A stretch of 64,000 nucleotides of DNA from an uncultured Alphaproteobacteria bacterium (GTDB lineage: Bacteria; Pseudomonadota; Alphaproteobacteria; Rhizobiales; Hyphomicrobiaceae). The notes below the pieces were generated by a model. The model saw only the letters and a program-made list of their open reading frames with translations. It had not been told where the DNA came from and did no database searches. The position numbers and the translations under genes were made by a program. Of the stretch, positions 50,344 through 60,240 are shown one piece after another. The first letter of the stretch is position 1, and every line of letters begins with the position of its first letter. The stretch is taken from contig CAVQMH010000018.1 in NCBI GenBank assembly GCA_963713575.1, positions 6,230 through 70,229 of the forward strand, given 5' to 3'.

Positions 50344-52713
50344 CTACTGGGGCGCTGTTTGACCGCCGCCGCCGAACAATCCACGCAGCACGTCTTTGGC
50401 ATCCTTGCCTTTGAACTGCTTGCCGATCTCCTTGATCGTCTCGACCGCTTTATTCGGGTCCTTGAGGACGCCGCCGAGATCGGGCGCGAATTTGGGCTTT
50501 TCCCAGGGGCCCTGAACCCTGAGAGGCACTTCCAAGCCGCCGATATCGATCGCGCCGCCCTGGCCGCGGGCGTCGGCGACGATCTTCGGCTTGAGTGTGT
50601 AGTCGATCGCGCGCTCGCCGAGCTTCACCGCGCCCTCGCCGGTGACGCGAATAAGAGGGCCGACGAGTTTCAGATCGGAGTTGCGGGCGACGCCGTTGTT
50701 GATCGCCCAGCTCGAGGTCATTTCGCTGAAGTCGGTCTTCTCGGTCGGTGAGGAGGAGAGGCCGCCGAGTTTACCCTGGCCGATGTTGCGCAACAGGCCC
50801 GGTATGTTGATGCCGACGATGGCGCCGTCGTTGAAGGCGATGTCGGCACTGCCGCCGAGGGAGTTCATGAGGGCGGCTTGTGTTTTGCCCTGGCCGGTGA
50901 CACCGGCGGCGATCTTGGCTTTGCCGGCGAGCCAGTCGAGATCGGCGGCGTCTTTCAGGAGGGGCAGGCCTTCGACACCGTCGAGGGAGACGTTGGTGGT
51001 GATGCGCGGGTAGGCGAGGTCGGAGGCGTCGATGGCGACGAGGCCCTTACCGCGGCCGCCGTAGAGCTGGACGTCGGTGAAGTCGACCCGGAGGACGCCG
51101 GCCTTGAGGCCCACAGCAACGATCGATTGGCCGACCTTGATCTCTTTGTAGAACAGGCGGCCGACGTTGAGGCGGGCGTCGGCGTCGACGACGTTGAGGA
51201 GCGAAAAGTCGTAGGGCTCCGTGCTCCAGCCGGAGCGTTGGGCGAAGCCGCGAACTTGAGGTCCGCTCGCGGGCGGATTGGCCTTGAGCAGGTCTTCGAT
51301 GGACTGCGGGGCTTCCGTGTTGGCCGGCTTTGCGGCGGGGGTCGCTGCAGGGGCGGGCGCTGGCGGCGGCGATGGAGCGGACGGCGCGCCGAGGATGGCA
51401 TTGAGGTCGAGTTCGGCGAACTTCAGGTTGGCTTTCAGGATGGGGCGGGCGCCGCCGGTCGTGACCGCGATGTCGCCGCTTCCTTTCGTACGATCGACGG
51501 CTCCCGTTGCGCCGCTCAGTGTCCACGTGTTGTTGGCAGCGGAGAGTTTGCCGGTGACAGCAAGCGGGCGATCGGGCGCCTCGGCGGGCTTCTGTTTCTG
51601 CGCGAATGCCAACAAGCGATGCAGCGACGGCGAGGACAGGGCGAGGTTGCCGTCGAGGTCGAGTGCTTCGCTGAAGCGGACGCTGCCTTCGTAGCGCAGA
51701 TCGATGGGGCGGCCTTTGACGTGCGCGATCAGGCGCGCGGATGAAGAGCGCAAAAGTTCATTGGGCGAGGTGATCTCGCTCGTCAGGGTGAGGGCGTCGT
51801 CGCGCCAGCGGAAGGAGCCGTCGACCATGGCGGTGCCATCGAGGGAGGGCGCAGCGATGGTGAGTTCGATGCCCGAGGCCGACTCGACGGCATTGGTGCG
51901 CAAGTCGGAATAGAGAACCGTGCCGCGCGTAACGCGCACATCGCCGAGGGTGAGCTTTTGCAGCGTGGCGGATGAGCCGTCCGGGATGGTTGGGGCAGGC
52001 AAATTGATGACGACGCTGGGATCGGGGTTTGCCTGGGCCAACCGAATTTGGGCTTGCTGCGGGAACGCTGCGGCGAAATCCCAACTCTTGCGGCCGTTGG
52101 CGTCAACTTGGAGACTGAGCACTGGCTCTTCGAGGCGCACATCCTGCACTTCGACTTCGCGCTTTAGAAGCGGCATCAGCGCGACGCTGGCGGTGAGGCT
52201 TTCGATAGTGATCAGCGGCGGTGCCGTCATGCCGGGCGGGGCCGAGAGCGACACGTCGGACATGCTGACGCCGAGCGACGGGTAGAATGTGAAGGACGTC
52301 GCGCCCTTGATCACGAGATCGCGGCCGGTCTCCTTTTTCACGCGCTGCACGATCTGGTCGCGGACGAGATCGGCGGGGCCAGCGATGTAGAGGGCAGCGG
52401 CTCCGGCACCGGCCAGCGCGACGATCACCAGCAGGACTATGGCAAGAATTTTCAGGATGCCAGGACCGCCGTCGTCATCGGGCGGACCGGGGCGATAGCG
52501 GGCGGCTGGCGGCGGCGGCGGCATGCGTCCGCCAGGCGGTCTGTAGCCGGGAGGTGGCGGGGCAGGACGATAGGTGGGCTGCTGGCCATAGCCCGGCTGG
52601 GGCGCGGCTTCGGGTCCCGGCCGCGCGGCGCGGGGATCGACTTCGTCGCTAGGACGGTAGGCGCCGAGGCTCGGCGGTTGGTTGGGGCGTCGCGGAGGTT
52701 TATTCGACGTCAT
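50344..52713 (-). CDS. asmA: AsmA family protein with Pro-rich N-terminal cytoplasmic tail
   Basis: About 789 aa. It has an N-terminal PPPGYRPPGG low-complexity tract, one TM helix (ILKILAIVLLVIVALAGAGAAALYIAG), and a long beta-rich periplasmic body with an AsmA-type C-terminus. Start at Met 52713. Confidence 0.8.
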   Translation of the reverse strand: MTSNKPPRRPNQPPSLGAYRPSDEVDPRAARPGPEAAPQPGYGQQPTYRPAPPPPGYRPPGGRMPPPPPAARYRPGPPDDDGGPGILKILAIVLLVIVALAGAGAAALYIAGPADLVRDQIVQRVKKETGRDLVIKGATSFTFYPSLGVSMSDVSLSAPPGMTAPPLITIESLTASVALMPLLKREVEVQDVRLEEPVLSLQVDANGRKSWDFAAAFPQQAQIRLAQANPDPSVVINLPAPTIPDGSSATLQKLTLGDVRVTRGTVLYSDLRTNAVESASGIELTIAAPSLDGTAMVDGSFRWRDDALTLTSEITSPNELLRSSSARLIAHVKGRPIDLRYEGSVRFSEALDLDGNLALSSPSLHRLLAFAQKQKPAEAPDRPLAVTGKLSAANNTWTLSGATGAVDRTKGSGDIAVTTGGARPILKANLKFAELDLNAILGAPSAPSPPPAPAPAATPAAKPANTEAPQSIEDLLKANPPASGPQVRGFAQRSGWSTEPYDFSLLNVVDADARLNVGRLFYKEIKVGQSIVAVGLKAGVLRVDFTDVQLYGGRGKGLVAIDASDLAYPRITTNVSLDGVEGLPLLKDAADLDWLAGKAKIAAGVTGQGKTQAALMNSLGGSADIAFNDGAIVGINIPGLLRNIGQGKLGGLSSSPTEKTDFSEMTSSWAINNGVARNSDLKLVGPLIRVTGEGAVKLGERAIDYTLKPKIVADARGQGGAIDIGGLEVPLRVQGPWEKPKFAPDLGGVLKDPNKAVETIKEIGKQFKGKDAKDVLRGLFGGGGQTAPQ

Positions 52714-53077
52714 CAGGGCCTCGACGGACGCGCGCGGGTTCGCGCAGGTGCGGGCGATCAATTTTTGAAAGCATCTTCGTTGGAAAGATTTGGGGCTATG
52801 GGCTTCACCGAGCAAGAGATTAGGACGCCGCGGTCTGCGCTTATGCACCTTTTGCTCCCCTTACGAGTTTAATGGCGACAGCGGGCGCGAATGTGTCCGT
52901 GGGCGTTGCTTTTTCTAAATGGGCTTTTAGATTCATATGCAACCCAAGGCTGAGACTTTGATGGGTGGTGGCTGGACGAGATTCTTGTTGGGGATTCAGT
53001 AAGGTAAATCAGAATCTCATCCACAATTGCGCCATTCGGGGGCCCTGAAATCGGCGATCGATCCTTAGATTTAACCT

Positions 53078-53797
53078 ATGAGTGAATCTGAGCATCGATC
53101 GTATCTTCGCCGGCTGGTGGCGTTAGCGCTGGGTGGCGTTGTTGTATCCGTGGTGGCGGCAGCGAACGCCAACGCTCTGTCCTGGTTTGGAAAATCGGAA
53201 TACTCCGGGACTGCGTCCGTGATCGACGGGGATACCATCGACATCGATGGCCAACGTGTTCGCCTCGAAGGCGTTGATGCACCTGAGACGGCGCAGACGT
53301 GTGGCCGGGCGAACGGCGAGGCATATGCCTGTGGACGGGCGGCGGCCGATGCACTTGCTCGGCTGGTCGCCAAGCACCGGGTTAAATGCCGCGAGGAAGG
53401 GACGGATAAATATGACCGCGTGATCGGTGTCTGCTCGGCCGACGGCGTGGAGATTAATGCGGAACTTGTACGGCGCGGATACGCCTGGGCGTTCGTCAAA
53501 TACTCGGCGCGTTATGTGAAGGAGGAGGCCGAAGCTAAGGCGGCCGCGGTCGGTATTTGGCAAGGCGAAGCCGAACCTGCTTGGATTTACAGAGAAAATC
53601 GCTGGAAAGTCGCGGAAGGAGATGCGCCGAAAGGGTGTGCCATCAAGGGCAACATCACCGAGAATGGGCAGATCTATCACATGCCATGGAGCCCATGGTA
53701 CGGGCGCGTGAAGATAGATCCCCAGCGGGGCGAACGCTGGTTCTGCAGCGAAGCGGAAGCCCAGAATGCCGGATGGCGGTCTGCGGGGCTGCGTTGA
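53078..53797 (+). CDS. thermonuclease (SNase)-like nuclease with a conserved C-terminal IKGNI...IYH.P....Y......WFC.E.EA..AGWR module
   Basis: TM/signal segment, then VIDGDTIDIDGQRVRLEGVDAPE...DKYDRVIGVC...VEINAELVRRGYAWAF (SNase core). The C-terminus is CAIKGNITENGQIYHMPWSPWYGRVKIDPQRGERWFCSEAEAQNAGWRSAG. Confidence 0.8.
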   Translation: MSESEHRSYLRRLVALALGGVVVSVVAAANANALSWFGKSEYSGTASVIDGDTIDIDGQRVRLEGVDAPETAQTCGRANGEAYACGRAAADALARLVAKHRVKCREEGTDKYDRVIGVCSADGVEINAELVRRGYAWAFVKYSARYVKEEAEAKAAAVGIWQGEAEPAWIYRENRWKVAEGDAPKGCAIKGNITENGQIYHMPWSPWYGRVKIDPQRGERWFCSEAEAQNAGWRSAGLR

Positions 53798-53896
53798 TCC
53801 GCTGAATATGCTGCGTCCTTCGCGTTGACAGACGGCGCGGAGCGGAGGATTTTGCTTGCGTATATTTCCGGTCATCCAGCCTTCCACGAGGACAAC

Positions 53897-54727
53897 ATGC
53901 GCCTGAGCGCACGGTACGTCAGTGCATGCCAAGCCGCCGTTGCGCTCGCCGCGTTCACCGCCGGCGTTCTGGGTTCCAGTGCCGCCTTTGCCGGACCGGC
54001 CTGGGATGGGATCAAGGCGGAGATCTATGGATCCCGCGCCCTGCTCGACGGTTCTGCTGTGATCGAACTCACCGCTCCTTACCGGCCGGATGATGTCATG
54101 GCCGTGCCGCTTGCGGCTGATGTGCGTCTCCCGAAGGGGCAGTCCATCAAATCGGTTTCATTCGTCGTGGATGAGAACCCCTCGCCGGTCGCCGCCGTCT
54201 TCCAGATTGGCGGCGCGCGCGAGCACGCTGCACTGACGACGTACATCCGCCTCAACCAGCAGTCCGACGTGCGCGTGGTCGTCAAGTCCGCGACGGGCGA
54301 ACTCTACATGGTGGAACAGCTCGTGAAGTTTGCCGGCGGGCAGGCTTCGTGTTCGGCCCCTCCGCAGGGCTCACCGGAAGAAATTGCGGCCAACATGGGC
54401 AAGATGACGCTTGCATTGCAGGGCCCGCGGGCGGTCGCGTCCAACTCCGTGCAACGTGCCGAGTTCGAGCTCAATCATCCCAATCACACGGGCATGGTGC
54501 TGGACCAGATGACCCTGTTCTACATCCCGTTGCTGATGGTAGAGCACATCGAGGTCAAGCAGGGTGACGACGTCGTTTTGACGATGGCCGGCAGCATCAC
54601 ACTGAAGCAGAACCCCAAGTTCGCGTTCGACTACAAGACCAACGGGGCGACGGACATGACGGTGACGGCGCGCGACACGAGCGGCGCCGTGTTCACACGC
54701 TCATTCCCGATCGGGCCGGCGAGCTGA
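53897..54727 (+). CDS. fused SoxY-SoxZ-like carrier protein (quinoprotein-dehydrogenase-associated SoxYZ-like type)
   Basis: Signal peptide, then a SoxY-like half (VIELTAPYRPDDVMAVPL...FVVDENPSPVAAVF) ending in GGQASCS instead of the terminal GGCGG. A SoxZ-like half follows (EFELNHPNHTGM...). Start at Met 53897. Confidence 0.65.
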   Translation: MRLSARYVSACQAAVALAAFTAGVLGSSAAFAGPAWDGIKAEIYGSRALLDGSAVIELTAPYRPDDVMAVPLAADVRLPKGQSIKSVSFVVDENPSPVAAVFQIGGAREHAALTTYIRLNQQSDVRVVVKSATGELYMVEQLVKFAGGQASCSAPPQGSPEEIAANMGKMTLALQGPRAVASNSVQRAEFELNHPNHTGMVLDQMTLFYIPLLMVEHIEVKQGDDVVLTMAGSITLKQNPKFAFDYKTNGATDMTVTARDTSGAVFTRSFPIGPAS

Positions 54728-54756
54728 GCTACGGTTGGCGGTGTTTGCCTAAAGAA

Positions 54757-54800
54757 AACCGGCGAAATGCTGTCATTGCATTCGCCGGTTCTTAATTTTC
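54757..54800. terminator. bidirectional terminator hairpin between convergent genes
   Basis: aaccggcgaaatgc / gcattcgccggtt stem, with T-rich runs on both sides. Confidence 0.65.
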
Positions 54801-54849
54801 AGACGCGCACCGGACGGTTGACCGTCCTGGGCGGAGGTGGCCGCTCGTT

Positions 54850-55041
54850 CTAGGCCGCTTCGCTGAGGACCGTGAGCTTGCCGCTCACTTCCTCGATTTC
54901 GGCCACGTACTCGGTCCACTCCTGCTTGTCTTCCGCCGTCTGGGTAGCGTCGGCGATCGATTCTTTGAGATCCGCCTTCGCTACGCCGAGGGCGTAGATC
55001 AGCGTCTCGACCTCGGAATTGCTCAATTCGATCATAGGCAT
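54850..55041 (-). CDS. small acidic hypothetical protein (63 aa)
   Basis: ORF with helical, Glu-rich composition. No family recognised. Confidence 0.4.
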   Translation of the reverse strand: MPMIELSNSEVETLIYALGVAKADLKESIADATQTAEDKQEWTEYVAEIEEVSGKLTVLSEAA

Positions 55042-55390
55042 CGAAGGGTCTCCACGTCAGTTTGGGAGCGCGGGGCGTTGCGGCAGCCGGACGGCCACCA
55101 CACCAAATCGCGCCTCAAATGCATAAATGAACTCGCGGCCCGTCCCGAACAGGAATCGGCGTTATTTTTGCAAAGGCCCGGCTGCCGATGTCATGAAAAG
55201 TGGCGCGCCAAGCAGGATGAAGCTGAGAACTATCAGCTGCTTATTTGTACCCATTCAGGTCGTCGGTAAGAAATCGTTTACCAAATCAGCTCGCTTATAG
55301 GCTGTGTACGCATCGCACAGGGCCTGGTTTCCGCGTGTCTCCCTGCGCCGTGCCGTTTGGGCGGGACGCATAGCAGCAGCGGGGACAGAA

Positions 55391-58155
55391 ATGGGTGGGG
55401 CGAAGGTGTTTGGCCAGCGGGCTTTGCTGGCCAGTGTTTCGGCGTGTGCGGTGTGGGCTGCGACGCCGGCCGCAGCCGCCATTTGCGTCAGCGACACGAC
55501 CACCACTCCGGGCACGATGATCGTGACATGCCCTGCCGGCGTCGGCCTCGGCATTCCGGGAGATAACACCGCAGGCCTTAGCTACTCCGCATTCGCTGGA
55601 GACGGTGGCGGAGTAAGTGGTGGCGGGGGCGGTTCGACTGGAGCGGCCGGACTTTCGTTGGACATCACCTCGCAGACCGGCATCGCCACCTATGGATCGA
55701 ATGCAATTGGTTTCGTGGCGCAGACGACCGGTGGGAACGGGGGTGGTGTAAGTGGTGGCGGTGGGGGAGGCGTGGGCGGCGCCGCCGGATCGATATCATT
55801 CAACAACGCGGCCTTGCTCATCACCGAAGGACTAGGCTCGCACGCGCTTCTCGCCGTCAGCTTTGGGGGTGACGGAGGCAGTGTTTTGGGTGGCGGCGGC
55901 GGCGGTGCAGGCGGCAAATCCGGCGATGTCACGGTCGAGAACAGCGGAGACCTGACAACGAGCGGTGCTGGCGCTCATGCCTTGTTCGCCGAGAGCTCAG
56001 CTGGTGACGGGGGCTCGGTCAATTCTGGCGGCAGCGGCGGCAATGGCGGCTCTGCCGGCATCGTGTCGGTGTCCAACACTGGAACTTTAAACACCACCGG
56101 TGATGGCTCGCACGGCATTTATGCAAGGTCGTCAGGCGGGAAATTCCGGTGCGGCGGTCTTCGGCGGGCTGGGCGGCCAAGGCGGTCAAGCCGGCGCGGT
56201 CACCGTATTCACGACCGGCGATATCGCGGCGAGCGGGGCCGGTTCGTATGGCATCCTGGCAGAGGTCGTCAACGATCCGCCGAAACCTGATTTCCCGCTC
56301 CTGCCTCCCCGGTCCATTCGGACCCACACCAGAGCCCGATATTGAAAACAACGTCAAGGTGACGGTTCAGGACGGCGTCATGAGCGGTGGCACCGGTTCC
56401 GGCGCCGGCGTGAAAATCGAAACGGCGACGGGTGCTGCAAAGCTGGAAAACTTCGGGACGATCGAAGCCGCTTCGGGCTTGGCCGCATCCGTTTCCGGCC
56501 TCACCGTGGTGATAGACAATTACGGCACTCTCAACGGGAACTTGGTGGCGGCCGGCACGGACAGCACCGCGTTCGCCAATTTAAGCGGTGGCTTGGTAAA
56601 CAGCGGCTCCAGCCTTCAGTTGGGCAGCGGCACCTTCACGAACTACGGTACGCTCTCGCCGGGGGGCAGCGGCACCATCCAAGTGACGGAACTGGCCGGA
56701 GATTACGCCCAAGCTGCAGCCGAGCAGACCCTCTCGGTTTCCGCATTCGGAGCGGCTCTTTCCACTGGTACTTTCGTGGTCGATGCCGACTGGGAGTCGG
56801 GCCAATCAGACCGGCTCGACATCAAGGGTGCGGCCGAGTTGAACGGCGTCGTCACGGTCAACGCCATCAACTTTCCCAACGCCGAGGACAGGGACAACGA
56901 TGGCTTGTCGAAGTCTTTCACGATCATCACGGCCGCAGCAGGCGTGACCGACTACGGGATGACGGTGACCGACACGGCCGCGGTCGATTTCGAGCTGCTC
57001 TACCCCGACGCAAACACCGTCGAGCTACAAGCGACGATCAATTTCCTTGGGCCGGACGAGGTAGCGACCGCCAACTTGACGCCGAACCAGGTCCAAATCG
57101 GAACGGCTCTGAACCAGACCGTCGGCAACGGCGGCAATCCGGCCTTTGTTGCAGACCTGGTCAATCTGGCGACACAGCAAGAACTCGGCGCGGCGCTGGA
57201 TCAACTGACGCCGGCTGGCGATGCGGCGCAGTTTTCCTCGGCGATGAAGACGGGCAATATGTTCGCTGGGCAGCTGCTGTCGTGCAAAACTCTCGGCGAG
57301 GGTGACCCGAACGCTTTCATTCGCGAAGGCCAGTGCCTATGGGTTCGCGCGAACGTGCGGCAGCTCGACAACGACGGGCGGAACGGCGAGACGGGCTTTG
57401 CCGAAACCGCGACGTTCTACTCGGCCGGTGCACAGTTCGATGTCGGCGGACCTTGGCGCATCGGCGCGGGCATCGGCTTCGAGGATGGCGATGTGCGGAC
57501 GGGCAGCAATGCCCAGTCGGAGACGGAGCGGCTGCATCTGGGTGCAGTGGTGAAGTACAACCCGGGTCCGCTGCTGTTAGCTGCGAGCCTGACCGGCGGA
57601 CATGGCTGGAGCGACAACGCGCGCGTCGTTTCGTTTGGTGCGTTCAGCGACGTGGCCACGTCCGACAGCGAGCAGACCTTTCTTTCTGGCCGGCTGAGCG
57701 GCGCTTATCTGCTGAGCCGCGGCCACTGGTACGTGAAGCCGCAGATTGATCTGGCGTGGACATATTTGGACCGCGACGGGTACACCGAAACGGCTTCGGG
57801 CGGCTCGGCGCTGACAGTGGCGGGAAGCGACGATACGGTCTTCTCGGTTTCGCCGTCGCTGGAACTCGGCGCGGAATATGCGTTGGCGTTCGGTGGCGTA
57901 GCACGGCCCTTTGTAAAGGGCGGCGTGACGTGGCTCGATAGCGACAGCTTCCTCACATCGGCGACGTTTGCCGGTGTTCCGGGCGCGGCGGGCTTCACGA
58001 TCAAATCGTCGATCGACGATGTGGTGGCCGATCTCGGCCTAGGCGTCGATTTCCTGTCGGAGAGCGGGACGGTACTCAGGGTCCAATACGATGCCCAGTT
58101 CGGTGATCAGACCGAACAGCACGGCGGTTCCGCAAAGCTGAGCGTGCCGTTCTAA
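55391..58155 (+). pseudogene. autotransporter outer-membrane protein with Gly-rich repetitive passenger; at least 2 frameshifts
   Basis: Signal peptide (ALLASVSACAVWAATPAAAA). Repeated ...G.G(S)HAL.A.S.GGDGGSV.GGGGG.GG.(A/S)G... units follow. The C-terminal beta-barrel domain ends ...GGSAKLSVPF. Frame switches occur at an extra a in gggaaattcc (about 56141) and again between about 56270 and 56335. Confidence 0.8.
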
Positions 58156-58286
58156 CTTTGCGTCGGCGCGGTTCGGCCGGTTTAAGACCGGAGGACCGCG
58201 CTGGATCATCCACTGCGGTCTGCTGTGAGCCCGGGATGCGCCCCAGGCGCCGCACAAGATCTCAAAGTTCTCACTTTTTGAGTAGT

Positions 58287-58363
58287 TGGCGCACCCGGCA
58301 GGATTCGAACCTGCGACCTTTGGATTCGGAATCCAACACTCTATCCAACTGAGCTACGGGTGC
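58287..58363 (-). tRNA. tRNA-Arg (anticodon CCG)
   Basis: The reverse complement reads GCACCCGTAGCTCAGTTGGATAGAGTGTTGGATTCCGAATCCAAAGGTCGCAGGTTCGAATCCTGCCGGGTGCGCCA. It shows a cloverleaf, a TTGGA/TCCAA anticodon stem with loop TTCCGAA, a GGTTCGAATCC T-arm and an encoded CCA. Confidence 0.93.
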
Positions 58364-58480
58364 ATCCGGGCCGCCGAGGCGGCACGGGACCTGCTAGATA
58401 GCCCATTCGCGTGCCGCCCGCAAATGCCCGGACCCGCGGTGAGACGGCTGGGCCGGGGGTCGCAACATGATGGAGCAAAA

Positions 58481-58960
58481 ATGCCTGAAATGCGTCCTCC
58501 CCGGCCCGGGGAACGATCGATCGAACTTCCAGGAGGGTTCGATGCCTCCCTCTACTTCATCGGGCGAATTCATACACCGTGGAAGACGACTGGCGAGTGT
58601 CCCAAGAACAGCGCGGCGCGGCGGGAGGTGCTGGCGACGGTCGAAATCGAGGCCCGCTATGCCGAGGGCCTGGAGGGCATCGAACTCATGTCTCACCTGA
58701 TCCTACTCTACTGGCTGCACCGCTCGGCGCGCGATCTCATCGTTCAGGCGCCGAGCCATGCGCCCCAGCCTCGCGGGGTGTTCGCGCTGCGATCACCGGT
58801 GAGGCCCAACCCAATCGGTTTGTCTGTCATAGAACTTGTTTCAGTCGCGGGAACAACGCTGACCATCCGCAACATCGATTGCGTCGACGGAACGCCACTC
58901 ATCGATATCAAACCGTATTTTGCCTCGACCGACAGTGTGCCAAGCGCGCGCCGGCCCTGA
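58481..58960 (+). CDS. trmO: tRNA (N6-threonylcarbamoyladenosine(37)-N6)-methyltransferase TrmO (TsaA/YaeB family)
   Basis: FIGRIHTPW....CPKN...HLILLYWLH......RGVFALRSPVRPNPIGLSV.......L.I...D..DGTPLIDIKPY. Start at Met 58481, because the ORF-track start at 58286 would overlap the tRNA. Confidence 0.85.
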   Translation: MPEMRPPRPGERSIELPGGFDASLYFIGRIHTPWKTTGECPKNSAARREVLATVEIEARYAEGLEGIELMSHLILLYWLHRSARDLIVQAPSHAPQPRGVFALRSPVRPNPIGLSVIELVSVAGTTLTIRNIDCVDGTPLIDIKPYFASTDSVPSARRP

Positions 58961-60025
58961 TTACGCTTTCGGCGTGGTCAGCTCGGACCTGCCGGTCAAC
59001 TCCTGGCGGGCTTGCTGGAGGTGACGCCGCCGTATGCTTGGCGGTTCATCGAACCAGCGGTGGCAGGCGCGCGAGAAAGCAGACAATTCGGAAAAGCCGA
59101 GCATCAGAGCAATTTCGCTCAGGGGCAGATCCGTGTCGCGGAGATAATCTTCGGCCAGCTGCCGGCGTGTGGTTTGGAGCAAGTCTTCGAACGAAGTCCC
59201 TTCTGTGGCGAGGCGCGCCTGCAGGGCACGCGGGGACGTTCCGTTTTCGTGGGCGATGATCTCGAGGGTAATGTCACCATGGCCCAACCTCCGAGAGATG
59301 ATCCGTTTGATGACGTGCGGATATCCCTGCTCGGTGCAGCGCTCACGCAGCATCCGCTCGCCCAGATCCTGCAGAAGACCAAACAAACGAGGATCGGCGG
59401 TCGCATTACGATGGTCGAGCGTGTTCGTGGCAATGAACAGCCGGGTTTCCTTTGCTGCGAAAGAGATCGAGGGGCCGAGAACACGTCGCAACAACGCTTT
59501 GCACGGCAGTTCAGGACACGCCAGTTCAACGTGGACCGGCTCCCAATTGCCACCGGCGGCGGTGCGCAATCGGGCGATCGTCGCTCCAGTTGCGAAGAGA
59601 AGATATTGCGTTGCGCGACTTTGCACGCGAGGAACAAGGCGCCAGGTCAGGGTCGTTACCGCGCCATCGTTTTTCAAGGCGATCGCGACCGGGTGAATGA
59701 CGAGTGATAGGTAGCGGACCGTGACGCCAAGTGCCTCCCGGACGGACGCTGCATTGCGGAGAAGATATCCGTATGCGCCCGTTTCACCGGGATCGAAGGT
59801 TTCGGCCCATTGAGCTCCAAAACACGGTGAGGACGTCGCCACCGCAGCCGCGTCGAGAACCGCGACGATCGTATCTAGAGGTACTTCCGAATGTTCGCTC
59901 TGGAGCGTTTCCAGGCTGACATGCGCTGTTTTGAGTACATCAGTGTACGCAACGCCGTGCTTTTGCAGGAACGCGTCCATTCCGTGCAAAACTGCGGGGT
60001 TCACGTACGGTCCGGTACTTAACAT
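58961..60025 (-). CDS. AraC family transcriptional regulator
   Basis: 354 aa. N-terminal ligand-binding-type domain and a C-terminal double HTH (LSEIALMLGFSELSAFSRACHRWFDEPPS). Confidence 0.85.
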   Translation of the reverse strand: MLSTGPYVNPAVLHGMDAFLQKHGVAYTDVLKTAHVSLETLQSEHSEVPLDTIVAVLDAAAVATSSPCFGAQWAETFDPGETGAYGYLLRNAASVREALGVTVRYLSLVIHPVAIALKNDGAVTTLTWRLVPRVQSRATQYLLFATGATIARLRTAAGGNWEPVHVELACPELPCKALLRRVLGPSISFAAKETRLFIATNTLDHRNATADPRLFGLLQDLGERMLRERCTEQGYPHVIKRIISRRLGHGDITLEIIAHENGTSPRALQARLATEGTSFEDLLQTTRRQLAEDYLRDTDLPLSEIALMLGFSELSAFSRACHRWFDEPPSIRRRHLQQARQELTGRSELTTPKA

Positions 60026-60091
60026 TTTCCGCTCTCATGCACACGGTGCGGAACTAATTGCCAGCCCTGAGCTTTATAATGCACCCACTTC

Positions 60092-60139
60092 TGACCATCC
60101 GGTCAAAAATCAGAACATTGGGTCAATCGTATACTGACC
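60092..60139. promoter_or_regulatory. two inverted repeats sharing TGACC/GGTCA half-sites in the AraC-MarR divergent intergenic region
   Basis: TGACCatccGGTCA (60092..60105) and GGTCAatcgtatacTGACC (60121..60139), read directly in a locally AT-rich spacer. Confidence 0.45.
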
Positions 60140-60240
60140 GAAAGTCCTAATCTCACACTCAACAGCGGGAGAAAAGGCTAGGTCCTTATTTAGAAAACCT
60201 ACTCGCTGAAACCACAGTACGCTTAAGAGGAAGGTTTCAT

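Noticed and set aside
55162-55254. 30-aa minus-strand hydrophobic ORF (MGTNKQLIVLSFILLGAPLFMTSAAGPLQK) upstream of the autotransporter.
   Set aside because: It is too short and has no lipobox Cys, no convincing SD and no homology argument. It could equally be chance in an AT-richer spacer.
55600-56100. Regularly spaced Gly-codon-rich DNA repeats that could superficially resemble a repeat array such as CRISPR.
   Set aside because: The repeats are degenerate and in-frame, and they translate into the GGDGGSV/GGGGG passenger motif of the autotransporter. There is no repeat-spacer structure and there are no cas genes.
58156-58480. tRNA-Arg(CCG) as a possible genomic-island integration site.
   Set aside because: No integrase gene, no obvious direct repeat of the tRNA 3' half and no compositional break were seen on either side. 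The neighbours are an autotransporter and trmO.
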